From NCBI GenBank assembly GCA_002269645.1, contig NIVC01000010.1:2325443-2389442 (forward strand): a stretch of DNA of 64,000 nt. The letters run 5' to 3'. Every line of letters begins with the position of its first letter. Position 1 is the first letter of the stretch. The notes under the pieces are model-generated. The model was not told the DNA's origin. It saw only the letters and a list, made by a program, of their open reading frames with translations, and did no database searches. Source of the stretch: Macrostomum lignano (lineage: Eukaryota). This document shows positions 38,864 through 51,835 of the stretch, piece after piece. The position numbers and the translations under genes are program-made.

Positions 38864-39121
38864 CTGACACAGAATTTAGCGCCTCTCTAACAGAATTTAG
38901 CGCCTCTTTGACAGAATTTAGCGCCTCTCTGACAGAATTTAGCGCCTCTCTGACAGAATTTAGCGCCTCTCTGACACAGAATTTGACGCCTCTCTGACAC
39001 AGAATTTAGCGCCTCTCTGACACAGAATTTAGCGCCTCTCTAACAGAATTTAGCGCCTCTTTGACAGAATTTAGCGCCTCTCTGACACAGAATTTAGCGC
39101 CTCTCTGACACAGAATTTAGC
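38864..39121. repeat. 21/23-bp minisatellite (GACAGAATTTAGCGCCTCTCT)n
   Basis: Directly visible, about 12 units. Confidence 0.92.
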
Positions 39122-40610
39122 CTTTGCTACTGTTGATTTTCAAAACCACAAAGCATTAGCCAACAGTTTTGTTTTGTACTCTCCCGAGCTAGTTCTGCAG
39201 AAGCCCAATGTCTTCAGCTCAGAGTCACCAGCCTCACATTACAGTCTTTGCATTTATTATTGAATTTACGTTTTCGCAGACGTCGGGCTCTCAATCGGCA
39301 AGAAAGTTGACTGCGCTGAAGGTTCCTCCCTAGCTCCGTCCCAAGCCATCCACTCTAAAAAATGCAAGCCATCAACGCAGACCGAAAAAGGACGAAAAAT
39401 TGCGACTGATTAATCGTCTGCTAGAGGCTCCCTACGTCTATCCCTCTGCCCCTCCTCAGTTTTTACTCCTCGGACCAGCAAGCCCTCCCCCTCCAGTTCC
39501 AGTTCTGTGCCTTTAACTGAAACGGAAGCGGCCGCTTCATCACAGGCCGGTACACAGGAGAGGAATAACGACATGAAGCTAAATGGGAATATAGCATACG
39601 TATACAAAATATATGTTAATCAATGTATAAGCGTATAATATATTTATGGCACAATTGCGTACGTGCATTAGCCAGGGTACCTGTGCAGAGAAAAACAGTT
39701 TTTTTACCAAATTGGTCACCAAAGCTTTCTTTTTATGGTCACTGCCGTTGATCATGCGCTTGCACGCCGAGCTGTTCTGGTCGCCGAGCTGCAGGAGTAT
39801 AGAGAGTATTAGCTAGGATAATTAAAATAGCTATTTCTAGCAATCATCATCAATAGCAAAGCGTTCTGATAATCGTGGCAAATTTCACTTTGCTAAGCCT
39901 TTCAGACGGTCTCGCACTGGCATAGCCTAGCCTACGAGTATTCACCTGCTTTATTGAATCAACACAAAGCTTTGTCATGAAAGTGACATGGCTATATTAT
40001 CGGGAAGAAGCTGAATCCAAACATTCTGCTCGTCATTAGAGTTGTTTTCTGCACGTCTTAGCTAAATTTAACAGGGCTTTTTTCAATTAAGTATTAACAA
40101 GTGACTATTGTAAGTCCATAGCAGATTAGAAGAGGAAGTTGAATAAGGGTTAAATAGTACTGCAGGAAAACTATATTTATGTAATACAAGGAAACGGCAA
40201 AATAGCACTTTTGGATGTACATGTATAAATCAACTCTACATGGTAATATACTCGTAGCCCCAACTCTACTCTGAAACACTGGATTTTTCAAACAATGTCT
40301 ACGAGCCGACTGCATTCTCTTGTCCTCACGTTAGATGATAGCCAAATTTATTAGTTTTGCGTGGGCAGGAATCGATAAGTCTGTTGACTAAGCAAAACTC
40401 GCCAATAGTATTGCTAGGAACTTGCGACACGTCAGGTATCTATGCTACGGAGAGACACTATTCCTTACTTATTTATTAAAATATTCTTTCCTACACACAG
40501 CTACTTAATAAAAAAACCTGCTCGGTCACCTTGCAGGTCTGTTTTTATCTTAGATATTTCTATATTTTTATAGGAATATTATTCCACACCCCGTAACCCC
40601 TCGAACGCAG

Positions 40611-41173
40611 CGAACGCTTGACCTCTCGACCATGGTACCGGAAGACCGACTCAAACGAAAGAAACGCCGCCGCCTCCGTGGCCTACCGAGCCCTCATGAC
40701 CATCACATTGCGCAAGCCAAATAGCACCGAATATCGCGATTTTAGCGATAAAGTCAAAGCAGCGGCTAAGCAGAATTATAGTTTCGAATATCCGGAAGAG
40801 GAGGTGAACAGTTTTGTCGGTGCATTCCATGACGCTGTACTGTTGTACGCTCTGGCCATTAATGACACCCTGGCAACGCACGGTCTTGCTGGCATCTCAA
40901 ACGGCTCGTTGATCACCTCCCGAATGAAGAGCCGCACGTTCAAAGGCATTACTGGCACGGTAAGCATCAACGCTAATGGAGATCGGAATGCCGACTACTC
41001 GTTGCTAGACATGGACAAGAACACCAAGAACTTCACCGTGGTGGCGCACTACTATGGTAACACTAAACGATACGAGCTAGTCAGTGGCAAAGTGATCGAT
41101 TGGTTCAGCAAGGACAATTTACCGCCACCAGACGTGCCCAAGTGTGGCTTTGACAATTCACGCTGCAAGAAAG
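40611..41173 (+). CDS. Receptor guanylyl cyclase constant exon (C-terminal ectodomain)
   Basis: RPWYRK..AYRALMTIT..VGAFHDAVLLYALA..TFKGITGTVSINANGDRNADYSLLD..PPPDVPKCGFD. Acceptor cgcag|c; donor g|gtgcga. Confidence 0.92.
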
Positions 41174-41359
41174 GTGCGATTAAGGAGTATTTTAGCTATA
41201 TAATACCTTTTCTCTTAGTTGTAAAGTTGAGAAACAAACCTGAAAGTTATCAATCATTTAGTGAAGTATGAATGCTTCAGGGACTGAGTTAGTTTTATAA
41301 ATACATTTGTTTTGAAAACAAACAGTTCAAAAAATCACACTCCACTGAAAAATCTTCAG

Positions 41360-42072
41360 ACCTGTCCGAGATGGCCATCTATGCTGTAATCGTTCTATTA
41401 GTGCTAATATGCGTCCTATCCGTGCTGATCGGTGTCATTTATCGGAAACTGCGCCTAGAAAGCGAGCTGCATGCCATGAACTGGCGCATCGCTTGGAGCG
41501 AGCTGGAGCCGACCGAACGACTCGCCGCGCGTCGACGCAGCATGGCTAGTCAGAGTTTGCGACTTCGCGAGCGTCCATCAGACAGCGGCGCTCAACGAAC
41601 TCAAACTTTTGGAAATCACCAACAGGAGGGCGAAGAGGCCCAGCCGCTCAACCCGACGCCGAATGAGCAGCAGCAGCAGGATGAAGATCCGGCGATCGCA
41701 CCCAAGGGTAGCGATGTAGTTAGCAGTAATGATTCTGTTGAGACGATCGCGGGGGTGCCATTGAGCCAGATTCCTGTGGCTCAGCTATTCGCTAAAACTG
41801 CCTATTACAAGGGCAATCTTGTAGCCTTAAAACAAATCTACCTGAGAAACAAGCGCCTCGAGGTGAACAACAAAATTCTAATGGAGATTAAACGGGTGAA
41901 AGATCTGGCTTCGGACAACATCGTCCGATTCATTGGAGCCTGTTTAGACTCGCCGAACGAGTGCTTGGTGACTGAATATTGCCCAAAAGGTTCGCTTCAA
42001 GACATTCTTGAAAATGATAATCTCAATTTAGATTGGATGTTCAAGTTCTCCCTGATGCTGGACATATGTCGG
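41360..42072 (+). CDS. Receptor guanylyl cyclase constant exon (TM helix, juxtamembrane region, start of kinase-homology domain)
   Basis: TM AIYAVIVLLVLICVLSVLIGVIY; RKLRLESELHAMNWRI; YKGNLVALK; NIVRFIGAC; TEYCPKGSLQDILEN. Splice phases consistent. Confidence 0.93.
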
Positions 42073-42398
42073 GTGAGTCACTATGTTTAAGAACTGCAAA
42101 ATTAATGGAAGTTAAAGAGAATTCGACAAATGCATTAAGCTAGAGTTAAAAGCTTTGACTGGATTCAGGAAGAACTGCTAATGGTTTTGAAAAACTCCTA
42201 TTATGTCTATTTTTGTAGATTTAGTGAGCATGTGATTATAGAACGTTTATAATCGTAATTTCAATAGCTATGGCACATTTTATTCACTAAACTTTGTTGA
42301 GCGTCGTAACGAATGTAACGTCGCTACATGTAACAGTATCTTTGACTTTGCTATCTAAACAGAATCAGCCTACTCTTCAACCAAATCTTATCCTTCAG

Positions 42399-42567
42399 GG
42401 CATGATCTATCTTCATCACAGCTTTGGATCTCATGGCAACCTAAAGTCGTCCAACTGTCTGGTTGACTCCAGATTCAGCCTAAAAATTGCCGACTTTGGC
42501 CTGCACTCGCTTCGAGGCAGCAAGGAGCTCAAAGAGCGGGACGATTCCGATTATTCCTCGTATAGAA
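42399..42567 (+). CDS. Receptor guanylyl cyclase constant exon (kinase-homology domain)
   Basis: [29 protein letters not shown]; HGNLKS replaces the catalytic HRD motif, as is typical of rGC pseudokinase domains. Confidence 0.93.
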
Positions 42568-45099
42568 GTGAGCAGTTGTGCATTGATGATTGATTTTTCT
42601 GGCGGAGTTGAATCAATTACAAGGATAGCTCATACACTCATAGTTAGGCTTTCTCTTAGACTCCACAGGCTCGTAAAGGATAGTACGTACCGTTTGTTGT
42701 CGATAACCGAAATATTTCCACCACATTTAGTATATGATAGGCAACTATACAGAGCTAGCCACTCATTAAAAACTACAAAACAAGCATGTATTGAGATGCT
42801 AATCAGGTTTTACATACAGCACTGCATTCGTGAGTCGTGTTTTTGCGCCTCCCCGATCACGCCTACGATATTTAGCAGAACTTCGATATACGAAGTAAAA
42901 CTACGAGTATTTTCCATAGTCTCGTCCGCTTTGTACACACAGATAGCTCGCTATAAACAGTATTAGGCAGTTTATAGTATTATAATATTTTAATATTCTA
43001 GACCTGTCTACTGGAACTTAAGAATTCCAGTCTGATTGATCATTCCCATCAAGCGACTTTAAATCACTGATGCAAAAAAGTACATGTCAACAATCAAACT
43101 GCTAGTATAGACAGAGAGCAGATACTCTCAGAGAGGTCAATTGATTGCTTCTCGCAGACTGTCTATAAGACTAGCTTAGGCCGAGCCCTGCCTGACATTC
43201 GTACGCTAATGAAGAATTCGGCGGACCGTGCAACCAGAAATGAACTGCTGCACTTTGCGAGACCAGCAGCACTTGCTGAGGCTTATGGACTGAGGCTACA
43301 ACGATCAACCTCGTTGATGAGGAATTAGCTTGGACGTTGCTAGAGAGAAACTAATCAGAAAACTGCAGAAATTTCTCAGATTCGACATTTTATTATAAAT
43401 TTTCTGACTCTAAGGGATTGATGATGGCTTTAGTCGAGAAAAGTACTTTTAAGACGGCTGTAGTGAGGGCCGAAAATACAAGCAGGTTAAAGACTCAACG
43501 ATGCAGCCATCGAAAAAGGCCAGTTTTTCTATGGCAACACAACTTTGTAAAAATTTCTACATAAGTAAAAATTTGATTGTTAATTTGATTAAAATTAGGG
43601 AAAAATTTTTTAGAAACTTAAATAGAATATGCGGTAGACATTGGATACTAGTTTTTTAAAAAATGACGCACAATTATAACAAAAATCAAGGCTTTTTGGC
43701 AGAGAAAATGCATCTAAGAAGAGACAGGAGGAACTGATTTTGGTTCCATTACTCTGTCTCATGCCAGCTTTAATTTAGCTAATAAACTCATAAAGTCACT
43801 TCGAATTCTAAGCAGACGCCGGAAACGAATATCGTGAACGCATTCTTGACAGCTTTAGCATAAATTAAATTCTCCACGTCCTTATATATGAGCAAAGTCC
43901 GCCATTTATACGTACTTTATTCACAAGTTTCGACAGAAAAAAACAAAAAGCAAACAACCCGGCACATATTGCATAGGTTCTGGCTGAAAATTTGTTTAAC
44001 TAGCATAATGTTCTGCCTTTACCCTGAGTACACTTCGAGAGCAGCTTCAAAGTTAAGAAAGTAAGCGTCCACCAACTTTGGATATGCCAATTTTCCGATG
44101 CTTTATTAGGCCAATCCTCGTGGGAGTTTGGCTGAGTTTACTCAAACTGGCCTTAAGTTGTGACCCTGTTAAAAATTGATGAGGAGTAAGGAGTTAGGGC
44201 AATTGACTCGCTTTACTGTGACAGTACACTAGGAACGATATGTATGGTGGCAGTATAATTAAGGTATTCATATTGCCTCTGATAGCATAGGGAATTGAGA
44301 AAATTGTTCTTCAAAAACTAAAAGTATTAAATGACTGATTTCTCAGGCTCTAAACACTAAAGATTTGTTTTGCCACCTCTCGCAACGTCTATAAGATTCA
44401 AAAGAATTGATCCCACTTTTGGTCAGAAAACAAAAAAATCATTTTTCTAGCATAAATCAACTTGCTCTGCTTTCTGCTTTGCAGGACAATTCTACGGTAA
44501 GGCCTGCAGTAAAGATTTAAAGTTTCCAAAAATATCTATATGACCTTCAATGGTACCCTATTCGCGTACATATATTTCGTAAATCTTTGTTTAACACGCC
44601 CCCCCTTAGGCCTTAGCTGTATATTTAAAGAGTAACAAATTTTCAACACTTTCTTCGTACCCCTCTATGCGTTACGAGCGTTCGCAAAGCATATAGTCAT
44701 GCCATAGCTAAATTAAATTTTGGCTTGTACTCGTATTTTATTTACTTTGTATATTTTATCTGTTTTTGCTTTACTTTAATTAATTTTTGCACCTGATCCT
44801 CCATACCATGCCTCGCATGTAAACCAAAATAACACCCAAAGTCAAAATAGCAATAAATTTTCTCTCCCGTGCGCCGCACTATTTTTTATTCAATTTTCTT
44901 CGTAGTCATTTAAGTATGAATAGTAAATTTTTTTATGGGAAAAAATTAACATGAACATAAAATAATCTTGTGGAGAACACATTGTCGCAGATTAGTGATA
45001 TGAACTTTTAGGCAGTTATCAACAAAGCAGTTACCAAGCATTAATTTTGCAACAATAGAATGCCAATAAGTTTTCTTTTTGCCGTCCGCACCGTCGCAG

Positions 45100-45261
45100 A
45101 CAAACTGTGGACAGCGCCCGAACTGCTGCGGAATCCGTCCACTGCGCCAGCGGAGGGCACCCGCGAGGGAGACGTGTACAGCTTCGGGATCATTGCCCAG
45201 GAGATTATCTATAGGAAGGGCGTCTTCTATATTAGCGACTACGATTTTCCTGAACCGCAGG
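45100..45261 (+). CDS. Receptor guanylyl cyclase constant exon (kinase-homology domain)
   Basis: [24 protein letters not shown]; acceptor cgcag|, donor g|gtaagt. Confidence 0.92.
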
Positions 45262-45675
45262 GTAAGTGAGGAACTCGGTTAAAGACACTAATATTAGTAG
45301 GTGTGCACGAATTTTTAAACAATCGTATAACGATGATAAAAAATCTACCCAAAAATTATTGACCTAAAATATAACGATAGTGACCATTTGAGAAATAATG
45401 CGAAATATTTAAAATATTTCTTTTAAAAGCAGTTTAGCTGCAGCAAGTTACTACGAGCTAGCTAATTCTTCTTAGTACTCGTACTTACGCCAGTATGCTT
45501 TAATCGTCATTATTCCTCTTTTTAGGAAGATTTACCTAGAGTAAATAATATCCAAAATTATTAACTTTGGCCAAGAAATTAATGGCTGCTATGAATTTTT
45601 ATTAACAAATGCTATAATTTTATGCCTAAAAATCAATATTTTTACTTCGAAATATTGAACATTTTTTCCGACCAG

Positions 45676-46142
45676 ACATCATCGAGAAGATCCGCCAGCC
45701 AGTTGGTTCGCAGCCGCCGTTTCGCCCGAGCCTCAGCCAGGAGCTGGTTGACCTGGACGGGGAGCGAGTCCAGGCCCTCCTAGGCATCGTGCGCAGCTGC
45801 TGGCACGAAGATCCGAATGCTCGGCCGAATTTTAACGCCGTCAAAAGTCGAATTAGCCGATTTAATAAGGATGCCGAATCTGGTAACATTTTAGACAACC
45901 TGCTCAAACGAATGGAGCAGTACTCTAACAATCTGGAGAGCCTTGTTGCTCGGCGAACCGACCAGTACCTGGAGGAGAAGAAGAAGGCAGAGAACTTGCT
46001 CTACTGCATGCTGCCAAAGCAGGTGGCAACCACTCTGATGAAGGGTGAATCAGTCACGGCGGAGTGGTTCGACAGTGTTACGATCTATTTCTCGGATATC
46101 TGCGGATTTACGGCGCTGTCCAGTGAGAGCACACCCATGGAG
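45676..46142 (+). CDS. Receptor guanylyl cyclase constant exon (end of KHD, coiled-coil hinge, cyclase start)
   Basis: CWHEDPNARPNF; NILDNLLKRMEQYSNNLESLV.RT..YLEEKKKAENLLY.MLP; VTIYFSDICGFT. Confidence 0.94.
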
Positions 46143-46768
46143 GTAAGCGATTAGCACTTAGCATCACTATCAACAACACACTCTGATCTGCTTTTATCGA
46201 AACTGGATCTGGGATCCTTTTCTATGCTCTTCTTCTTCCCGGGTTTACTTATTGACTTCCGGGTCCCATGCATTACTCGTATCTTGGAGTTCATCCTGTT
46301 TACTGTCCGGTGCAATATCGAACCCGCTTAGCTATCAATAGTTTACGTCATAAACCCAGAAGATCTGTCTTCTAAGTAACCTATTGTGCAGCTAATAAAA
46401 TTAAGCTTAGGCTCGTTGGCTAAACGCAAGTAGGTCGAACTTGTAGGATTAAGGCCGACACCACTAAACTTGGATTGTTCAGATTATTGCTTGGATTTTC
46501 GCTTTTGCGTTTATAAATACCTTTGTAGTCCTAAAACGATCTTCCATTATGTTTATTAGACTTTTCGGCATAGCTCAAGCCTAGGAATCTCTATTCAACG
46601 GTACATGCTGGTGTAAGTCATCCCTAATAGAGACGTTAAAAGAGTATTACTGAGAGGATTTTACACGACTTTCTTTGTAAAATTTCCTATTCTAGCTACC
46701 CTATGGTCGAGTGACGAACCTTTTCGACTACACCTAGCTATAGTAACTTTTTTCCACCTCAATCCCAG

Positions 46769-47012
46769 GTGGTGAACCTACTCAACGACTTGTACACGCT
46801 GTTTGATCGCATCATCGAGCAGTACGACTGTTACAAAGTCGAAACGATCGGCGACGCCTACATGGTCGTATCCGGCCTACCCGGCCGCAACGGCAATTTG
46901 CACGCGCGCGAGATTGCTCGGATGTCGTTGAGCTTCTTGAGGAACATATTCTCGTTTAAGATTCGGCACAAGCCCGATGCGCAACTGAAACTGCGAATTG
47001 GAGTTCACTCAG
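46769..47012 (+). CDS. Receptor guanylyl cyclase constant exon (cyclase domain)
   Basis: [37 protein letters not shown]; contains the guanine-specifying Glu. Confidence 0.95.
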
Positions 47013-47892
47013 GTGAGAAAGCTTTTCAATAATACTATGGTTTGACTTACCAAGTAGATCGGAATGGTGTTTATAACTTATATCGTGCAACCGTGGAACC
47101 GAAAAAGTTCCCTTTGAAAACAGCACTGATCTCATGAGACAAGTTAGCTGAGCTTCATGCGGCTTAGCTTAGGGGTCCCTGGGGTGCAAATATTGCGCTG
47201 CAAGTTAAGTCCACAGTCATTCATTGCACATCGTATCTACATGTAAATGTCTACATGAGAGGTGCCAAGCGCCCTCTTTTCAGGGGGCGGGCCGTGCCGC
47301 CGCCCTTAAATATTGTTCTAATGGCCGGTTTGTTATACCAAGCGTCGAATTTCCTGATTGGATGAGCTCGAATTGACTAGCTTGACTCTGATTGGCTAAG
47401 CTCCAGACTCCAAACCCTCTCCACTGGGCAACCTCTCAGACCTCAGCAAACTTGACAGGTGAGGTCATAAATAATAAAAGCCCCTGTGGTGCTAAAAGTG
47501 ACAGGTAGTTAGTTGAATCAAAGTCGACTCACACAGGTTAACCTCTAGACGTAAAGAACTTGAAAAAAGTAACCTCAAGGCGAAGTACAGTCTGTCTTAG
47601 GAAGCAGTAAAGCAGCTCCTAAATTAAATAATGCATAAATACCCAGAACTAGCCTACTATGAGTAAGAGAAGAAAATATGAAAAAAATCCGATGGGATTC
47701 TAATGATTTAAAATCTGTTTTCCTCATCAATATAACCAGCATCCAAAAATTTCCAACAATGTACAAGCCTTGTGATCATAAAAAATGCATTTGAGCTATA
47801 AATAAGCTAAAATGAGCGGTGTAAACGAGCCCAGCCTATAGTATAGAACTTTAAGTAAATCGCATGTACTTATATGTATATTCCAGTTACGT

Positions 47893-48262
47893 CAAGGGGT
47901 CGGCAAACTTTTTACCTCAAGGGTAAGATAGAGAATCTAATGCATGACTGCGGGCCATAGGAGAGGAGAGTAACAGAAAATAGAGAAGCGAGAAGATCAG
48001 AGAGATAGAAGCAAGGAGAAGCGAGGGAAGATAAGGGATAGGAGAGCAGAGAGAAGAGGAGAGGGGAAGAGAGAGAGGAGAGGAGAGAGAACAGGAGAAA
48101 AGAGAGAGGAGAGAAGGGAAAAAAGAAGTGGTTAAAAGAGAGAAAACAGCTGAGAAGAGACAAAGCTTAAGCAGGCCGGATTGCTATTGTGAAGTTCGAA
48201 TGGACCCGATAAGCCGAATCGAGTCTCGAGAGGCTTCGTGGGCCTGAGTTTGCCGACCCCTG
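47893..48262. mobile_element. hAT (Charlie-type) MITE
   Basis: TIR aggggtcggcaaact / agtttgccgacccct; identical 8-bp TSD AGTTACGT with central TA at 47885-47892 and 48263-48270; GA-rich interior. Confidence 0.88.
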
Positions 48263-48338
48263 AGTTACGTCATCATATTGAAATGCCATAATTCTTATTA
48301 TATGTACAAGCTGTAGCTCATGCCACTGACCCACTTAG

Positions 48339-48529
48339 GTCCCGTTTGCGCCGGAGTCGTCGGCTTAAAGATGCCTCGATACTGCCTATTCGGCGACACG
48401 GTGAACACGGCCTCCCGGATGGAAAGCAACGGCCTGCCGCTAAAAATTCACATTAGCTCGTTGACGTACGCCATTCTAGAAGAGATCGGCGGTTTTGTGA
48501 CAACTGAACGCGGCGAAGTTGAGATGAAG
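48339..48529 (+). CDS. Receptor guanylyl cyclase constant exon (cyclase domain)
   Basis: [46 protein letters not shown]; GC-specific Cys and catalytic Asn/Arg present. Confidence 0.95.
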
Positions 48530-49363
48530 GTTAGTGCGGAAAAATTTGCAAAGCATTTAGAGTTCTTGAAATGTGGTCCTCGGCCCTCTGTGCATTTTAT
48601 TGCAATAGTTATTCAGAGAAAGTGAATTACTACTACAGCAAGAATATCTGAGCATATTAGATCTATTTTTTCCATTTGAATTAGATGTAAGATTCAATAC
48701 ACTCTTACCATTGCATTTCCCTGGTAGCATAGAAATTCGACAAAATCACATCAACTTATTCACGTTTTTACAGGTCTTTCGAAACAAACCAGCGCTTACC
48801 GAAACGAACCTACAAAAACAAACAACATCAATTTTATTGATATTGATAGACATATTCAATTAGCGTATTGGTAGATAAAAAATAAGCAATATAAACTAAA
48901 TATCAATTCACTCAGATAAATAATTTTAACTTACATTAGATATAGCTGCATCAAGCTGCAGACGAACCTTTCGAGTTTTATTATGGAAGTGCTCGTATAA
49001 AAAATATTTTACATATCTGTATCTGTATTATACAGATATTTAGCAATAATTTTACGAGGGTATGCACATTTAGCTATTTGTACAAAATTGTGCATGCATG
49101 CGGTGCATTTAGAAAAGATGCCTTTTTGCGTTCTATTTGAAGCGACACACGCAGTGGAAACGAGCCAAGCCGAAAGACATGGTTTGCCATAAACATGTGC
49201 AGAAAACCAGAAACCATGCAATTTTGTCTAAACTGCATTCTTCTTGAGCTAACTGAAGATGCACCACGAGCAATACACTGTCATAACGCTGTCAAACAAA
49301 AACCACATAAACAAAACAGTCGAATCACAGCAAATCGGTGTCAGTATCAATGTTCATGATTTG

Positions 49364-50427
49364 CTACAACTCTTGAAAGTGAATGTCGTCCAGATTTAGG
49401 CAGCGCTGAACGTACGTCTGTGTGTAGTTCACCCACTGCAGACGCTTCGCCGCCGTCATGCTGCTCATCGCCAACTGAACCTCACGCTTCGGAGTGCGCA
49501 TCCTATGCTGATGCAGTGTGATGCCTTGCGCTGCAGCCTTTTGCCTGTCTGTCACCTGGACCTGAATGCCGTTTACATTCAGCCGTATCTTCAGGTCGGC
49601 CTTGAACGCACCACCTGCCATCTCTGCCGGGTTCAGATGAGGAAGGACGAGTAGGTTGGGAGAAAATCTGTGGTGGTGGCCGGCGTGCATCCCTGGCGCA
49701 TTTGAGTGTGCACGAGCACCATCAGAGAGAAGCGCGAATGGTGGATCCACCAGCTCGTCAACTTCAGAGACGATCATCCTAGAAAGTTTTCATTCTTGAA
49801 TCTGCCTTCGATTACCGAGAAATGCAAAAGCCCTAGTTTCTGTGAAATGGCCAGGCAGATGGTGAGGTTCTGGTCACATTGCCCCGCTCCGAGAGGCGTC
49901 CGAGAGCTGTCCAGAGGTTCACTCCAAAGTCGTCCATGAACAGAAGGTGCTCCTGGCTGCCCTCATCTACGTCGTAATGACCACCGCACATGCAATAGGC
50001 GAGCCTCCTTTGTCACCGGCGTGTTCCACTCAATGGGAACCTGACGCAAAAGCTTCAGGGGTTATCAACTGGCCATCCAGAGCGCAACTGATGGCGCTGC
50101 AGCTGATGTTCAGTTTCTCATTCTTGTCTTGCTGTAGGTGCGAATTCATCTGCGCCAGTGTTGCAGCTGGGTAGCTGGACATAAACTCTCGATCAATCTG
50201 TCCATCACTGGCTGCATAAGCTTCTTCCTTTTCTTCACTTCTTCCTTCGGCAGAGTTTCAGTTCGTCCCGTCTCCACATACGTGGCAACAATGTTTCTCA
50301 CCGACTGCTTAGCGAATCCCTGCATCCGACCAAGGGTTTTCCAGTCGTAACCGTTTTGGTTCACGATTCTCTCACGGTCTACCAAGCTGATTTTGGAATA
50401 AGTTTGGACATGGCCTCTATGTGCCAT
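49364..50427 (-). pseudogene. Decayed IS630/Tc1-mariner-type DDE transposase in the last cyclase intron
   Basis: HTH-like N-terminus (SVRNIVATYVETGR); MDDFGVNLWTAR; LSDGARAH..(RFLPTYSSFL)NPAE spread across several frames with stops. Confidence 0.7.
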
Positions 50428-50589
50428 GTCTCAATTTCTCGATCTTGTACGAGCTAGAAGCTATTCTTGGGCAGACCAATTTAAACGCAGCTCAAATTGC
50501 TTTCTGCTTTCTGCTAGGTCTTGTAGTAGCTGGCAACATGATAAATTCACCGCCAATTGGCTAAACAATGTGTTTCATAACAATTTCAG

Positions 50590-50661
50590 GGCAAGGGTCT
50601 CCAGAAAACGTACTGGTTACACGGAGAAAATGACAATATTGTTGATCCGCCAACAAACTAG
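50590..50661 (+). CDS. Receptor guanylyl cyclase terminal coding exon
   Basis: aatttcag|GKGLQKTYWLHGENDNIVDPPTN*; the canonical GKG..TYWL end. AATAAA at ~50887. Confidence 0.9.
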   Translation, partial: GKGLQKTYWLHGENDNIVDPPTN

Positions 50662-51835
50662 CTATAGGTGATATTAGAAGCAAAGCGTGAGTACAACCTG
50701 GACCAGATCGAAGCCGCATTGCTTTTGATAGCTCGTACTTCGATACTTTTGATTGTGAGTTCGCTCGTGTGTGTAAAAAATTAATTTGATTGTTTCCCTT
50801 AGTAGATGCATAAATATATTTTAGTAGTAGAAATATACTTGTGTAATGTCTAAAAGTTGTGATTTTTGTCTCGCGTTTTGATCCATTAATAAAAAAGTTG
50901 TTAACTTGTTGTGATACTAACTACGAGTTTATTGCTAAAACAATATTTTTTTCATTTAGAGGCATTTCTTGCAGATCTGCAATGCTTAACAACTGTTTTT
51001 TTCTACGCTTGACTTCAACTACAGCTGCGAGAGTGAACTGAAAGTTCTGTTAACTTTTCTAATGAGGGTTGCCCTCACATCAAATAAAAAATTTACATAT
51101 GTAGACAGCTTTTCTCAACCTATGTTTTACATATAGTTATAAATCGGCCAGGTTCTATATTTTATTCAAAACTCTTTGAAGTCTAATAGGATAAGTACAA
51201 ATGACAATTAATTTTGCTAATTTAATTTTAGCTTTATTCCAATCAGAAGATATGAGTGTCCGTTTTCTTCAAAATCTTTTTCAATTTCGTTTCTGTTTGT
51301 TTTACTTATAGGTATATAATGTATTCAGACTGTATTGACTAAAATATTTTTATGCAAGAGAACTGTTATTGTCCAAGAAAAACTGGGCATGATTTCGCGT
51401 CAAACTGCCTCTTTATGTGAATGCACACGTTTGACTCAGCTTGCCTCAAATACTAATAAACAAGTATATGTGAAACACTATTTCCGGGTTTGGTAGTTAT
51501 AATTAACAAATTACATGTACTAGAAACGATCGCAGATCTAAGAATTGAATATGTTTTCGTGTACAACCATGCTTTTAATAAATAAAGCTAATCGTTTATC
51601 AAAGCAAACATAGCTGAAACTTTTTTGTGAAATAAATTCAATTTGCGTTTTCGGTTTTCGGTTTTAAATGCGTGTATAAAAGCCTGCTCTGCTTTAAAGC
51701 GTATATAGTTTCAGTGATTTTTGTTTTGGGAAATCTTTAGCTCTGATAAAATTCATAAGTGAAACGCATTAGCAGTAGTCAAAATTGAGCTAGCGAGGCT
51801 GTGCATCTGCAGTCTTGCTCATCTCAACCACCGTA

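Noticed and set aside
39460-39548. Ser/Pro-rich stretch as an alternative exon between 37512 and 40611
   Set aside because: The acceptor fits phase 2 but the available donor is phase 1, so inclusion would frameshift.
49150-50560. Terminal inverted repeats for the IS630/Tc1 fossil
   Set aside because: Only patchy similarity between ~49170-49240 and ~50485-50550; ends and TA target site could not be fixed.
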